Source: Blepharisma stoltei ATCC 30299 (taxonomy: Eukaryota > Protista > Ciliophora). Taken from it: 64,000 bases of DNA. This document shows, one piece after another, positions 48,130 to 60,226 of this stretch (positions within the stretch are counted from its first letter, which is position 1; the number at the start of each line of letters is the position of its first letter). Location of the stretch: assembly GCA_965603825.1 (NCBI GenBank), contig CBFDEM010000051.1:186001-250000 (forward strand), given 5' to 3'. Under the pieces are notes generated by a model, which had not been told where the DNA came from, did not search any database, and saw only the letters and a list, made by a program, of their open reading frames with translations. Position numbers and translations under genes: made by a program.

Positions 48130-49437
48130 TTAAGCCTGCCTTCCTTCTAATTCCTCAAACTGTGGATAAGCGACCACTACATTATTCCCATCATCGGCTA
48201 CCATCAAACATTGGCCATCTGGACTCCACTTTAAAGATTGAGCCCTAAACTCACTTTCATCTATTTAGAATTTACCAAAAGGCATATCGCATACAGAAGC
48301 TCCATCATCTGACCATAAGTAAATCATTTTCGACCCAGCCGTAAACGCCAGCAGCTGATTCTTTGGTGACCATTCTACATCTTTTACAGAATGTCTATGA
48401 ATTATCACAGATTTCAACGAGCAAGATATATTATCCCAGATCCATACAGCGTTAGGCACTGATAACGACTTGGTTGCCAAAAACGTCGAATTATGGTTCC
48501 ATTTGCACAAGCTCACCCCTCTCTCATCAGTTGTGCCTAACTTAGTTGGCAACTCTAAAAATCCATAATGAGCTGAGACTCTTCCGCTTTGATCTACATA
48601 CTCTTCTTCATTATAAACATAAAAATCTTTTCCCTCCTTTAAATTACTGGCATGATTAAATTCTCCTAGCCTTGTCCACGTAACATGATGAATTACTCTG
48701 ACTTTATCATCATAAGAGGCAACTCCCATATAAGTGCCTCCAGGACTGAGGACAACCGAATGGATGCCTAACGCATTTTGATAAGGAGAAAAGCAATGTA
48801 AAATTTCACCGTCTGGAGAATAGATTAGCAGCTTATATTCAACTGAGCTGTCCCAGCAGATAATTACAGTATCATCAGTGTTTCATTTGATGTCTGCAAC
48901 ATCAAAAGTATCTAATTGAAAGTGGCTTGCAGATTCCCAGTTTTGTGTATAATAAATCCCAAGATAGTCTTTTCCTTCTATTCTTTCAGCTAAAGCCATA
49001 AATCTTCCGTCACTTGAGAAAGATAGTCCTTTGTTTCCATACTTTGGGTTGAGGAGATGAGATACAGATTTATCAATTAAAGACCAGATGTTAAGTCTTT
49101 CCTGGAATTCTGTTATTGTAATAATTTCTCGAGAACTTGGAGCAATCCATGCTCCAGATAATCCTGCAATGCCAAGGCTTATTTTACTATTCCAAGATAA
49201 GTCTTGAAGGTTAAATATCTGAACTACACACCTTTTATTTTGAGCACACATGAGGATTTTTGAATCACGACCCCATTCGAGCTTGCTTAATTCATCAAGA
49301 ACACGCCAAGTTGCGATTACATTTAGCTGCTGAGTCGAATAAACTGTAACAGTCAAGCCTTTAATTGCTGCGAAGTACTCTGAATTAGGAGAAAATTCTG
49401 CGTGGCCTGAAAAAGGAATCAAATCTGAAAAATTCAT
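48130..49437 (-). CDS. WRAP73: WD40 protein WRAP73/WDR8-like (centriolar), one intron
   Basis: N-terminal 'MNFSDL...FSP', 'ALAER...KDY', 'SYDDKVR..HVTW'; TGA at 48883; intron 48261..48275. Confidence 0.85.
48261..48275 (-). other. 15-nt intron GTAAATTCTAAATAG
   Basis: Phase-1 with in-frame TAA; removal restores the last WD blade 'LKWSPDG'. Confidence 0.9.
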
Positions 49438-50047
49438 GCCGCGAAGTTTATTTAAATTTATTACGAGTGCATATAAAAATAAATATATGGGATTAAAACT
49501 GATTGCTGGTGTTTCTATATTAATTTATAAATGCTAGTTTTTGCTATAAGAGAATAAGAGCCTAATCTTGTATATTTCATAAAACACGAAATTTAAAGAA
49601 ATCATTATTTAAGTAATTTTTGAACAACTCAGAGTTATCTGGATTTTCGTAAAATAATTTGATTATCTCGATAAATTATGATAAATGCTATAAAAATTAA
49701 TTGAGCTAAAGATTCTTTAGATTTATGTAAATATATAATAGATACAATTATTTATTTTTATATATTAAAATTAAATATTTAAAATGCAATATCATATATA
49801 AAAAACTGACTTTTTATTTGCCATTTTTATATATAAAAGAAATCACTTTATTTTAGAATCTTAAATAGATCCATTGTAAAAAAATGAATAATAATGACCA
49901 AAATCTATAATCAAATTTGATGATAAAATACAGGGCTAGCAAAATTTTTTGAAGAAAGGAATCAAGCAATAGCTAATAAATGAATAATTTTTATCCTGCC
50001 AATATGATTACAAATAAATTCAATCGGGGGCAAAGGATTAAAAATAC

Positions 50048-50389
50048 ATGGACGACAGAAAATGTTATCAATGCACTCATGCTTTAATTACTCCTCACGA
50101 TTGCAAACTAAAGATATGCAATAGCTGCAAATTGCCTGGACACATTTCAAAATTTTGTCCCTGAAGAGCAACTTCTAAATCCACCTATGATGGCACCTTA
50201 TGTAGCCTTTGCCAAGCAAGAGGTCATACCCCTTCGCTCTGCCTTAAAAGAACTTATCCTTTCTCCTCCAAGCAATTCTGTAACCTCGAAAATATAAGAT
50301 GTTACGTCTGCAAGCAGACTGGCCACTTAAACTGCCTAGATGAAGCTCCTCACAGTCCTTTGCTATCTGAGTCCTCCCATGGTGACTAA
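50048..50389 (+). CDS. Small CCHC zinc-knuckle protein (113 aa)
   Basis: 'CNSCKLPGHISKFC', 'CSLCQARGHTPSLC', 'CYVCKQTGHLNC'; one TGA=Trp; not in the ORF track. Confidence 0.8.
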
Positions 50390-50443
50390 CACTAACTTCT
50401 TCTAAAAATTCGTAATTAGATTCTCCTAAAATAATAACTTAAT

Positions 50444-51131
50444 ATGGTCGATCTCCAAGAGCTGTTGAATGAAAAAGACAAACAACTTTCCCAGCTCCAA
50501 CAAGAATTCACAGAATACCAAGAAATGTCGAAAACTCTCGAAGAAGAACTTGAAAGCGAGCTGGAAGCCCAAATTCGGCTTAATTCAGAACTGCAAGCCG
50601 AAAACCAGTCCCTAAAGGACCAAGTTGAAAAAATAAATGTAACCTTTATTGCAGAAAGACTATTACCACAAATTAATAGAAATGGAAAAATCTGCCTTTA
50701 AGCTGCAAAATGAATTAAAAGAAACACAAAATAAATTGAAGATGAATTTGAAATCAAATAAAGAACTGGAGACAGAACTGGATATTTACAAAAGTAAATT
50801 GAGAGAAAAAGAGTTTGAAATTGAAGAGCTGACAGAAACCTATAATCAGACCTTAGAAGAACTGGCAATCACCTGCTCTGAGCTTGATGGGCTGAAGGAT
50901 TTCAACGCTGAGAGCACACATAGGCTGAAGGAACAATTAAATGAGCTCAGCCAGGACTTGGAAATAGCTAGAGATAAGACATTTAATCTTCAAAATCATT
51001 CTTCTAACTTTGAAAAAGCAGAGAAGCCAAAACTGAAAGACTCAATGGTAGGGCAAAGTGCGCTTACGATGGTTGATTTGCTACTCAGTGACCTGAATGG
51101 AAAAATCAAGCAGAAACAATGCGATATTTAA
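50444..51131 (+). CDS. NudE/NDEL1-like coiled-coil dynein regulator, one intron
   Basis: 'EFTEYQEMSKTLEEELESELE' matches the NudE signature; the two frames are joined by the 16-nt intron. Confidence 0.75.
50639..50654 (+). other. 16-nt intron GTAACCTTTATTGCAG
   Basis: Removal fuses ORFs 50444.. and 50649.. in frame ('KIN|KDYY'). Confidence 0.88.
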
Positions 51132-51215
51132 TATATTGCATTTTATATATCAATTTAAATTTAATCAATTCTTCAATTAAAGTTAAATTTGGAGTTAATT
51201 TATAAGAAATAAAAT

Positions 51216-52319
51216 ATGAGGCCTTCTTTTGCACAATTTTCATCATATCCATATAATGGATTTTTACCTGAAACCCAAGATTCAGCCCCCTCAAATTTCT
51301 TTCACTTAGACTGCCCTGATACAGGGCTCTCCATTTGTTACTGTAAAAAATACAATCTCAATATCGTCCACACCCTTGCCTTAAAAGCCCAAAACTACGA
51401 CCCATCCTCAGCCTACAAGAAGCGTCAGTTCGACAAAGAGCATTTCCAAGCAATCCCAGTCATTTCTCCACCCCCATCTATCTCAGCTGCCGATTTAAAT
51501 GCAAAAATATGCAGCTACTGTGCTAAAGTTGTATGCTTTTACCAAAAAGTCAACACCGGAACCCAAACCCTCCACCTCTGCAGAGACTGCTATAAAGCTG
51601 AGGACACAAACGTAAAAAAATCATTATCATTGTCAGCTCGCAAAAAAAAATTCGGGAAATTATTAATGCTTGGGACAACACAAACTGAATTAGGCAGGAG
51701 AGGAAGGCCAAGAATCCATGGAAGAGAAGAAAATGACTATATTCAGTGCTATTTTCCTATATGTAAAAGAAGAAATATTAGGTTTCCAGGGGATCCTGAT
51801 TTATTGACTTGTGGAAGCTGCACAAGGACTTTTCATGCGAAATGTGCAGAGCCGCCGCTTAGGGCTGAGTATGTAAAAAGATTTCCTTGGCTGTGTTTGG
51901 AGTGCAAAGTATGCTCTATATGTGGAAAATTAAAAGACGAAAGCCATTTGATGATATGTGATGCTTGTGATAGGGTTTTTCATGCAAAATGCATTAAAAT
52001 TAATGGGTCTGGGAGTTTTGTGTGTAAAGATTGCTCGGTGTGTCGAGGCTGCGAAAAAGTGCTGCCTTCTCCATTGTTAGTAGATGACCCTATTTTTGTG
52101 GAAGGATATAGATTCTGCTTAGAATGCTATGGAAAAGTCCAAGAAAAATGCTACTGTCCTATTTGTGTAAAGATATACAGTGTTGACAGCCCTGATGCTT
52201 TTGTGATGTGTGATAAATGCCAATTATGGGTTCATGCAGCTTGTGAAAAAGTCAAAGAAGATCAAATAGAGCATTTGCAAGGAAAATCTTTTACATGTAG
52301 CAAATGCAGTAAAAAATAA
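51216..52319 (+). CDS. Multi-PHD-finger protein (DPF/KMT2C-type tandem PHDs) with an AT-hook-like motif
   Basis: 'WLCLECKVCSIC', 'MICDACDRVFH', 'CDKCQLWVH..C', 'RGRPR'. Confidence 0.88.
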   Translation: MRPSFAQFSSYPYNGFLPETQDSAPSNFFHLDCPDTGLSICYCKKYNLNIVHTLALKAQNYDPSSAYKKRQFDKEHFQAIPVISPPPSISAADLNAKICSYCAKVVCFYQKVNTGTQTLHLCRDCYKAEDTNVKKSLSLSARKKKFGKLLMLGTTQTELGRRGRPRIHGREENDYIQCYFPICKRRNIRFPGDPDLLTCGSCTRTFHAKCAEPPLRAEYVKRFPWLCLECKVCSICGKLKDESHLMICDACDRVFHAKCIKINGSGSFVCKDCSVCRGCEKVLPSPLLVDDPIFVEGYRFCLECYGKVQEKCYCPICVKIYSVDSPDAFVMCDKCQLWVHAACEKVKEDQIEHLQGKSFTCSKCSKK

Positions 52320-52394
52320 TTTTTAAATATATTATCTATAAATTACAATTGGAACCATAATGAAAATTTTTTAGTCACTGAATCTGAAAATATC

Positions 52395-53759
52395 TTATTT
52401 AAATTGCCAAATTTCTCTTGGTGTTAAGCCATCAACTTTGAGATCTTCAGTCAAGTTGCACCAGTAGTCCTCTACTCTTTGCCTGTGTTCAGGATTATCA
52501 GAACTCAACTCCAATTTATCGTAATATTCTGAATGTTCTAATATCTACATAAAATTTACTTCGATTGGAATTCCTTTGCCTCTCCACATAAATAATCCCA
52601 TTATTTCCAAGTTTGGCTCATCCCCATATACTCCTATAACCCCAAAGCAGTGTCTGCGGATAACCTCGATTCTTTGTAAAAATCCATCTACTGCATTACA
52701 AGTCATATAAATTTTTTCGCATTCTCCTTCTAATTTTTGATATTTCATCCACCAAAGACTGTAACTATCTTCGTCAAAAGTTTGCCAGAATAATTTCATT
52801 ACGCTTTGCTTGTCTTTTTCATTTGAGTAATACCTTTTAAAATCGTCAAGTACAAATTGAGACTCGGGAAGCAAGTCTAGAGGGTTTTTTGCTTTTGATG
52901 AGTTTATGATCCAATCGTCTTCTCCTTCTTCTGAATCTTCTTCTTTAGGCTTTGGTGTTGATTTTGGCTTTGGCTCTACGTTAGGTTTTGGTGTAGGTTT
53001 TGGCTTTGGCTCTGTTTTAGGTTTTGGCTTTGCTTCAGACTTTAGCTCTTCTGTTTCCTTGTGCTCTTGTTTTTTCTTTTCTGCCTGCTTCTTTTTAGGC
53101 ATTGCTTCAGCTAATTGAAGCTGAGATGTGCAGAATTTTGCATTGCCCCAAACTAATTTAAATTGTTGAAGATCCGCAACTTTCGTAAATAATTCTACAA
53201 CAGATTTGATGCTTTTTCTTTGATTTTCATCTATAAGCATCCTAAATGGATATACAAGTGCTGAAACTAGTGAGATGTCAGCGATTGTAAGTTCATCACC
53301 ACAAAGATATCTGTGCCGATTAAGAAGTTTGTCAATAGCTTCTAGGTGCCTTTTTACTTCTTTGGCCGATTTATCTTGCAGAAGCTTGTCTGGAGGGGCT
53401 ACGCCAAAGTAAGGGTTAATCCAATTGCATAGAGCAGGTTCAATTTGGGTTTGGATGGTTTCAAGCCATGAGTCAATTTCTGCTAAAATTTCTGGGGAAC
53501 CTGAGTATAATTCTGATTGGGTTGCTTGACAAATATATATCATAATCGCATTGGAGTCTGTTAAATAAGTTTCGCTAGCAATTTCTAATGCAGGGACTGC
53601 TTTGAAGGGTGATTTTGTGAGGAATTCTTTTGAATTTGTATCTTTCCATGGAAATTCTGGGGTTTCTAAGGCAAATCCACTGAGTTGAGCAGCCAAAAGT
53701 ACTTTGTTTCCTCTAAAATGACCTTTAGGAGACCAAAATTTCTAGCTATAATTTACCAT
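52395..53759 (-). CDS. EEF1G: Elongation factor 1B gamma (GST-N, GST-C, linker, EF1G domain), two introns
   Basis: 'SPFKAVPALE', 'LTIADI', 'KNPLDLLP..F.LDDFKRYYSN', 'DYWC'; exon 1 contributes only the ATG. Confidence 0.93.
52545..52559 (-). other. 15-nt intron GTAAATTTTATGTAG
   Basis: In-frame TAG; removal continues the EF1G domain 'IPIE|ILEH'. Confidence 0.9.
52935..53036 (-). repeat. Coding (PK)n low-complexity repeat in the eEF1B-gamma linker
   Basis: Repeated ttttggtg/tttggc units encoding 'AKPKPKTEPKPKPTPKPNVEPKPKSTPKPKE'. Confidence 0.7.
53742..53756 (-). other. 15-nt intron GTAAATTATAGCTAG immediately after the start codon
   Basis: ATG(53757-53759)|intron|AAA TTT TGG, in frame with the GST-N domain. 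Confidence 0.85.
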
Positions 53760-54231
53760 TAATAAATATCTGAATTATAGCCATATTACCGATAAAATAA
53801 CCTCAAAGAGCGTCATAATTATGCAACCAGAATGAAATTGGTAATTAAAATTGCAAATTCATATAAATATTTGCAAATTAAAATATTATTTATATAAGAT
53901 TTTAATTAAGAAATAAAAAACAATTTTTTTAGAAATTTATAAATGCCAGAAACTTAAAATGAAATCATTAATAAATTTGAAAATGATCAAAAGAGATTAA
54001 TTTGAGATCTATAAATACTTGTGCTATAAATAATTATCATTAATGATTGAAAAAAGCTGCTTGAAAAGGCGTTAATCATTAATATGAGAAAATTAATGTT
54101 TATTTGATATTTTCACACCAGCAGCTTAATTTGCTCTCAAAGCTTTCTATAAATTTATTATAAGAAGATATTAAAAATTGGTTCGAATTATTTAATTAAT
54201 ATGTAATAAGTTATTATAGGCATTTTCAAGA

Positions 54232-54561
54232 ATGAGTGTTTCAGTAGCGAGGAAAATAAAATTACCGACTGTAAATTAGAATTAGGCAGACAAAATTCGA
54301 GAAAATTTAGCTAGAGAAAGGGCAATGAGATTACAGTGTAAAAATCCTGATTTCTCTGGAAATATTTCCAACAATATATCATTCAATATTGAGACAAGTT
54401 TTCAAAACACTGCTGCAAATGCTGCAACAGAAGAAAATGAAATAAAGGCTTCAAAGAACTCTTGCTTTGCCAGATTTTGTTGCTTTTTATGTAATTTAAA
54501 ATCGGCTAAACGAAAAGAGACTCCCAAGAACGTTTCAAGCCTTGAAAAAGAAAAATCGTAA
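54232..54561 (+). CDS. Small uncharacterised protein (~104 aa) with a Cys cluster, one intron
   Basis: ATG 54232, intron 54271..54285, in frame with ORF 54325..54561; 'SCFARFCCFLC'. Confidence 0.7.
54271..54285 (+). other. 15-nt intron GTAAATTAGAATTAG
   Basis: Fits the intron consensus and removes in-frame TAG codons. Confidence 0.75.
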
Positions 54562-54884
54562 TGTACTAAAATATATTAACAAAATTGAAGTTTATTGGAA
54601 ATGATGCACAATTTTTTGAGTATTTTTATTTTATAAGTTTTAATTCGCATAAATATGAAAGCATTAACTTATAAACACCTTTAAGAGCTATATCACCAGA
54701 ATATTTAAAATAATTTAAGAAGGTAAGCAGCTAGCAAGTAAAAGAGACAAATATTTGTAAAAAATTTATAAATTAATTATACGCTGAGTATTATCTAGAT
54801 AATTTTTATAATTTTTAAAAATTTGTGATAATCTATCAAATTGCTTTTATATTAAATAAGAATACGATTAAATTTTCTTTAATC

Positions 54885-56756
54885 TTAATAAACTCTCTTT
54901 GCAGGTGGAATTGTATGCATTTCTTTCAGATCCAAAGTGTCTGTTATGACAGGCCTATACTTGATGGTGACATTATCATCCAACCCCTTTTGCCATGAAA
55001 GTGTATGTTTCATCCACTCCTTGTCATTTCTATCCTTAAAATCATCTCTTGCATGTGCTCCTCTGCTCTCCTTTCTATTTTCTGCACAAATAATAGTCTG
55101 TTTCGCACAAGTCAGCAAGTTTTCCAGCTCCAAAGTCTCAATCAAATCTGAATTCCAAGTCAAATCTCTATCAGTAGTCTTAACGTCTTTAAACAATTTG
55201 CAAACATCAGTCATTTTTTCGCATCCTTGCTTTAAGGTATCTTCAATTCTAAAGACTGCTGCATGAAGCTGCATGGTGCTTTGCATTTTATCACGGATTG
55301 AAGCAGTGCTTAAAGACCCCATCGCAGTTCTCAGTCGCTCGACCTTTTCTATTGATTCTTCACCTGCATGAGGAGGGAGATCAGGCTGAGTTTGGCCAGG
55401 CTGGAATTCTTCTTTGGTTGTTAAAGAAGCAGCTCTTCCAAAAATTACGATATCAAGCAATGAGTTGGCTCCAAGACGGTTAGCGCCATGAACTGATGCA
55501 CAAGCGGCTTCTCCTGCTGCTAGAAGACCTGGGACGACTTTATCTTTGCCATCTTTATCAAGAGTGAGAACATGGGTTTTCCAGTCAGTCGGAATGCCTC
55601 CCATATTATAGTGCACTGTTGGGACAACAGGAATTGGCTCTTTAGTTACGTCAACTCCTGCAAAAATCTTAGCACTTTCACTGATACCTGGAAGTCTTGA
55701 ATGCAAAATTTCAGGAGGAAGATGGCTTAAATATAGATGAACATGGTCTTTTTTCGGCCCAACTCCTCTTCCTTGGAAAATTTCTAGCGTCATAGCTCTG
55801 CTGACTACATCTCTTGAAGCCAAATCCTTAGCGGTTGGTGCATATCTTTCCATAAATCTTTCTCCTTCTGAATTCCTCAAAATTCCACCTTCTCCTCTGC
55901 AGCCTTCAGTGATCAAGCAGCCAGCTCCATAAATTCCAGTTGGATGGAATTGAACGAATTCCATATCTTCTAGAGGCAGCCCAGCCCTTGCAATCATCCC
56001 ATGCCCATCTCCTGTACAAGTGTGTGCAGAAGTGCAAGACTGAAAAGCCCTTCCATACCCTCCAGTCGCCAAAATAGTTTGGTTAGCCCTCATCCTATGA
56101 ATTGACCCATCAGCCATACTCATTGCCATAACTCCTCTGCAGACTCCTTCTACCATTATTAAATCCAGCGCAAAATACTCTACAAAGAACATGCAATTAT
56201 ACCCAAGAGCTCTTCCAAATAAAGTATGAAGCATGGAGTGCCCAGTTCTGTCAGCGACTGCTGCACATCGGTAAGCTTGGCCTCCTTTCCCGAATTCGAG
56301 ACTTTGGCCTCCAAAAGCTCTCTGATAGATTTTGCCTTCTTCTGTACGGCTGAATGGCATTCCGTAACTTTCCAGCTCATAGACAGCTTCTATAGCTTCT
56401 TTGCACATATAGTGAATGGCGTTCTGATCGCCAAGCCAGTCACTTCCTTTTACAGTATCGTAGAAATGCCATCTTCAGTCATCTTTTGTCATATTTCCTA
56501 ATGCTGCATTGATTCCTCCTTGGGCGGCAACGGTGTGAGATCTGGTTGGGAATAGCTTAGAGATACAAGCTGTTTTATATCCGAGTGAGGCAAGACCAAA
56601 TGCTGCTCGAAGACCAGCACCTCCTGCGCCGACTACAATTGCATCGTAAGTATGATCGTAGACAGTGTATGATTTGGGGGTAGGCCCTTGAGATGGGCCG
56701 AGATCTGGAGTGACTTTTGATATCACTGAAAAAGGTCTTTTGAGCAGTCTCAACAT
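54885..56756 (-). CDS. SDHA: Succinate dehydrogenase flavoprotein subunit, mitochondrial (623 aa)
   Basis: 'GAGGAG', '[10 protein letters not shown]', 'DD(W)RWH', '[11 protein letters not shown]'; presequence-like N-terminus. Confidence 0.98.
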
Positions 56757-57190
56757 ATTTTTAGATTATGGTTAATACATCTTTGAATGATTTAAAGATA
56801 GAATTTTATTCGCTTTATATAAAATGTGAGCGAAAATTAGCATATGAGATGATAATATGTGATATTTTGTTTGCTAGGATATATTTAGGTATTTAAAAGC
56901 TTTTTTTAATAGATATTATTCTTGATAAATATTTCTGCAATACAAATTCTAGTAATTCAAAAGTTCGATAATTATTAAAACTCAAAAGCATATATATTTA
57001 TGGCTGCATAGAATAAAAACTCGTTATTTAACTGGTATTTTAATAAATCTTGATTTCGATTTTTGGATAAATTAAATCCATTAGTAAAGATTTTTAATGA
57101 GATTAAAATTTTCAATCTATACTAAGGCAAAAATTATACCAATTTGCTGTATATAAATTTTATAATGGCCAATAAATTAAATTAATATGT

Positions 57191-58786
57191 TTATTCGACA
57201 GTTTTGTTTTGTTTATCATTGCCTCCTTCATTTTTTCTTTTTCTTATTGAAGCAATTGTTTTGCCTTTACTTTTATTTCTTGAGCTCATTTTATCGCGGT
57301 CTTCAAAAAATTTATTATTTCTCGTTTTCTTTTCTCCTCCAAATGAAATAGATGTATACATCTTTTCTCTGTTATCTCAACTGCTTGATTTGCCTTTTGT
57401 ATACTCTCTTTTTCTAGGAAATTCTCCATTTTCTTTCCCTTCTTTTCTATAATTTGTTTTCTTGAATTCAGATTTAATTGTATTTTCATTAGTTTTTTTA
57501 TCTTCAGAAGCCTTTTTGTCTTCAGGATTTATTTGTAGAGATCTCAAATTTGCTGTGCTTGCATTTTTTGTTTTGCTAGCCATATCTCGAAGCTCTTTTG
57601 GAATTAATTGGTTTGCCTTTTCAAGGACTTTAATTAAGTCTCTAGATAAATCATAGTCATCCTCTGTAATAAAAGAAATTGCGCTTCCTTTTTGTCCAGC
57701 TCTAGCTGTGCGCCCGATTCTGTGTATATAGTCATTTATAACTAGCGGCATATTGTAATTTATAATCAAATCAATGTCCTTGATGTCTAATCCTCTCTGA
57801 GCAACATCAGTAGCTACTAAAATTTTTATGATTCCTGAGCGAAAATTCCTCATTAAGCTGTCTCTGTGCTTTTGGTCCATATCTCCATGAATTGCAAAGG
57901 CTCTGAATTTCATTAAGGTTAAGGTTTTTGCTAAATTTTCTGTTTCAATTTTTGTTTTTGTAAAAATTAAAACCTTGTAGTCTTCATCTATGGTCCGCTT
58001 TAAAATTTCTTTGAGTTTTAAGATTTTTTGGTCCTCCTCTTCAATAAATATAAATCTCTGGCTAATATCAGGATTGGCAGACAAAATATTCGAGCCAATA
58101 GTAATTCTGCTTGGGCTTTTAAGAAATTCATTTGCTAATGCTTCTACTCCTTTTGGTCAGGTGGCAGTAAACATTAATGTTTGTCTCCTTTCACTTAGTT
58201 TTGAAATAATTTTTCTTAACTGATTTTCAAAGCCCATATCTAGCATTCTATCAGCTTCATCAAGAACAAAATAAGAGATATGTTCTAAACTAACAGAGCC
58301 TGAGTCAATAAAGTCAATTAATCGTCCTGGAGTAGCAATCAATGTATGCAGTTCTTTTTCTAAATTTCTGCTTTGCACATATCTGCTTGCTCCACCATAT
58401 ACACAAAGGCTAGATGTTCCTGATCCTCTGCTGAATTTTTTGTACTCTTCCCCAATTTGGATTGTTAATTCTCTAGTAGGAGCTAAAATAAGACCGTATG
58501 GACCTTTAAATTGTTCAAAGCCTACAGTTGATCTATCTCTTGTATGAAGAACTGCAGGAACTGTGAATGCTAAGGTTTTTCCAGACCCAGTCTGAGCAAT
58601 CCCAATAAGATCTTTTCCTGACATGATTATAGGCCAACATTGGGACTGAATTGGTGTGGGCTCTGTAATTGCATTGTCTCGAAAGTTCTTTAGCATATAG
58701 CTTGGAAAATCAACTCCTCCAAATGTCCCAAAAAAGAATCTTGTTAAATAGCCTAGAGGAAGTTTTCGTTCAAATTTAGCGAGCAT
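57191..58786 (-). CDS. DEAD-box RNA helicase, DBP2/DDX5-like (531 aa), possibly mitochondrial
   Basis: 'AQTGSGKT', 'PTREL', 'DEAD', 'TAT(W)P', 'HRIGRTAR'; TGA at 58157 and 57377; TAA at 57191. Confidence 0.92.
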
Positions 58787-59007
58787 ATATCTCTAAATTT
58801 TATCATTAAAATATTTTTGATTAAATGGAAAAGTCCAGATTGATAATATTATTCACCTGCAAAATACTAATGAATCTGAGTTATTTTGATTATTTAAATA
58901 CAAAGAAAATTAAAATTTTGATCTAATTTCTAGAGATTTTGTAATTTATTTAATTAGAGAAACTCTTTGACCTGTAATGCTATTTTTTATTCGAATTTGG
59001 TTAAACT

Positions 59008-59712
59008 TTATTCTAATTGTAATCTTTGATGAATATAAACTGTCGCTTCACCCCAACTCATATTTTTTCTTATGCTTTCAAATATCCTCCACTTAGGCGA
59101 ATTAAAATTCTTGGTTAATGTTAAAGCCCAAGTTCCAGGCTGCACAGGCGCATTGGCAATGGCTTCCATCATAGGAAGATCAAAGCAAGTAGAATTTGCA
59201 AAAATTAGAGAAGCATCAGCCCACCCCTGTGCAAACATATCATTTTTATAAAATTCCACTTCTGGTTTATTTTCAAATAATTCCGGGTTATTTTTCACCT
59301 CTTCAGGGAAAATCCTATCATATTCTTGTTTTTGTTGAACTGAAACATCATAAAGTCCTTCAAGAATCTCTATTCCTACACATTCAGTAAAATTATGAAG
59401 CAATGCTCCAGCTATAACTCCTTTGCCAGTGCCAGATCCAAGGTCATAAAAGACGCCACCTGATGGAATTGCCCCATATCTTGCTTTTATTGTTTCAAAA
59501 ATTTCCCCAATTGAAACAAACTCGACTTCACCATAAGTTAATGTGCTGCTTGCGTTTCCGAGCTCTTCTCTGTCTTTTTTGCTAACATCTTTTCCAAGGG
59601 ATACTGGGAAATTGCCTGTTATTTGTTGAAATATTGCGTATTTTCTGTTTAGGACTTCTCTTACATCAGGCGGGAGGAGGTAAGCGTCATCCACTCTGTA
59701 GCCATTATCCAT
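59008..59712 (-). CDS. DOT1-like class I SAM-dependent methyltransferase (234 aa)
   Basis: 'YGE', 'FYDLGSGTGK', 'GIEI', 'FANSTCF', 'MSWG'. Confidence 0.8.
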   Translation of the reverse strand: MDNGYRVDDAYLLPPDVREVLNRKYAIFQQITGNFPVSLGKDVSKKDREELGNASSTLTYGEVEFVSIGEIFETIKARYGAIPSGGVFYDLGSGTGKGVIAGALLHNFTECVGIEILEGLYDVSVQQKQEYDRIFPEEVKNNPELFENKPEVEFYKNDMFAQGWADASLIFANSTCFDLPMMEAIANAPVQPGTWALTLTKNFNSPKWRIFESIRKNMSWGEATVYIHQRLQLE

Positions 59713-60226
59713 TGCGCTGATTTATAAGGATTAATATTTAGTCATTTTTATTATGTTCGAAGAGGTGCTTTCTGAGACTGAATTGCACTGATCATCATTT
59801 GAGCAACGAAAAAAATAAATATCATTTTTGGAAATGAGTAGTTTTTTATATTTTTGGTAAAATTTAGAAAACATTAAGATTAAACTTATAGTTGTATTTT
59901 ATTCAATAATTTGGATTTTTAATAATCCAGATTGTCTTGGTAAATAATTATGAGAATAACTTGATTTGCTTTAAGCTAATTTCGAATTTAGAAATTATTT
60001 GAGTATTTGAAACTTAAATTTAGAAGGTAATAATATTTTCTTAAATATCAATTGATTTTTCTTTGCAAAAATCAAATAAAGAATTTTTATTATATGAGAT
60101 GACAAATAATGCATGGTCAAGTCAAAATATTAATCAAAATTTCTTTTAGATTTCAAAACTTTCATAATTAATTCAAATATTACTTTTCTAAAAGCTATTT
60201 TATGAAAATGCTAAGAACTGTTAAAA

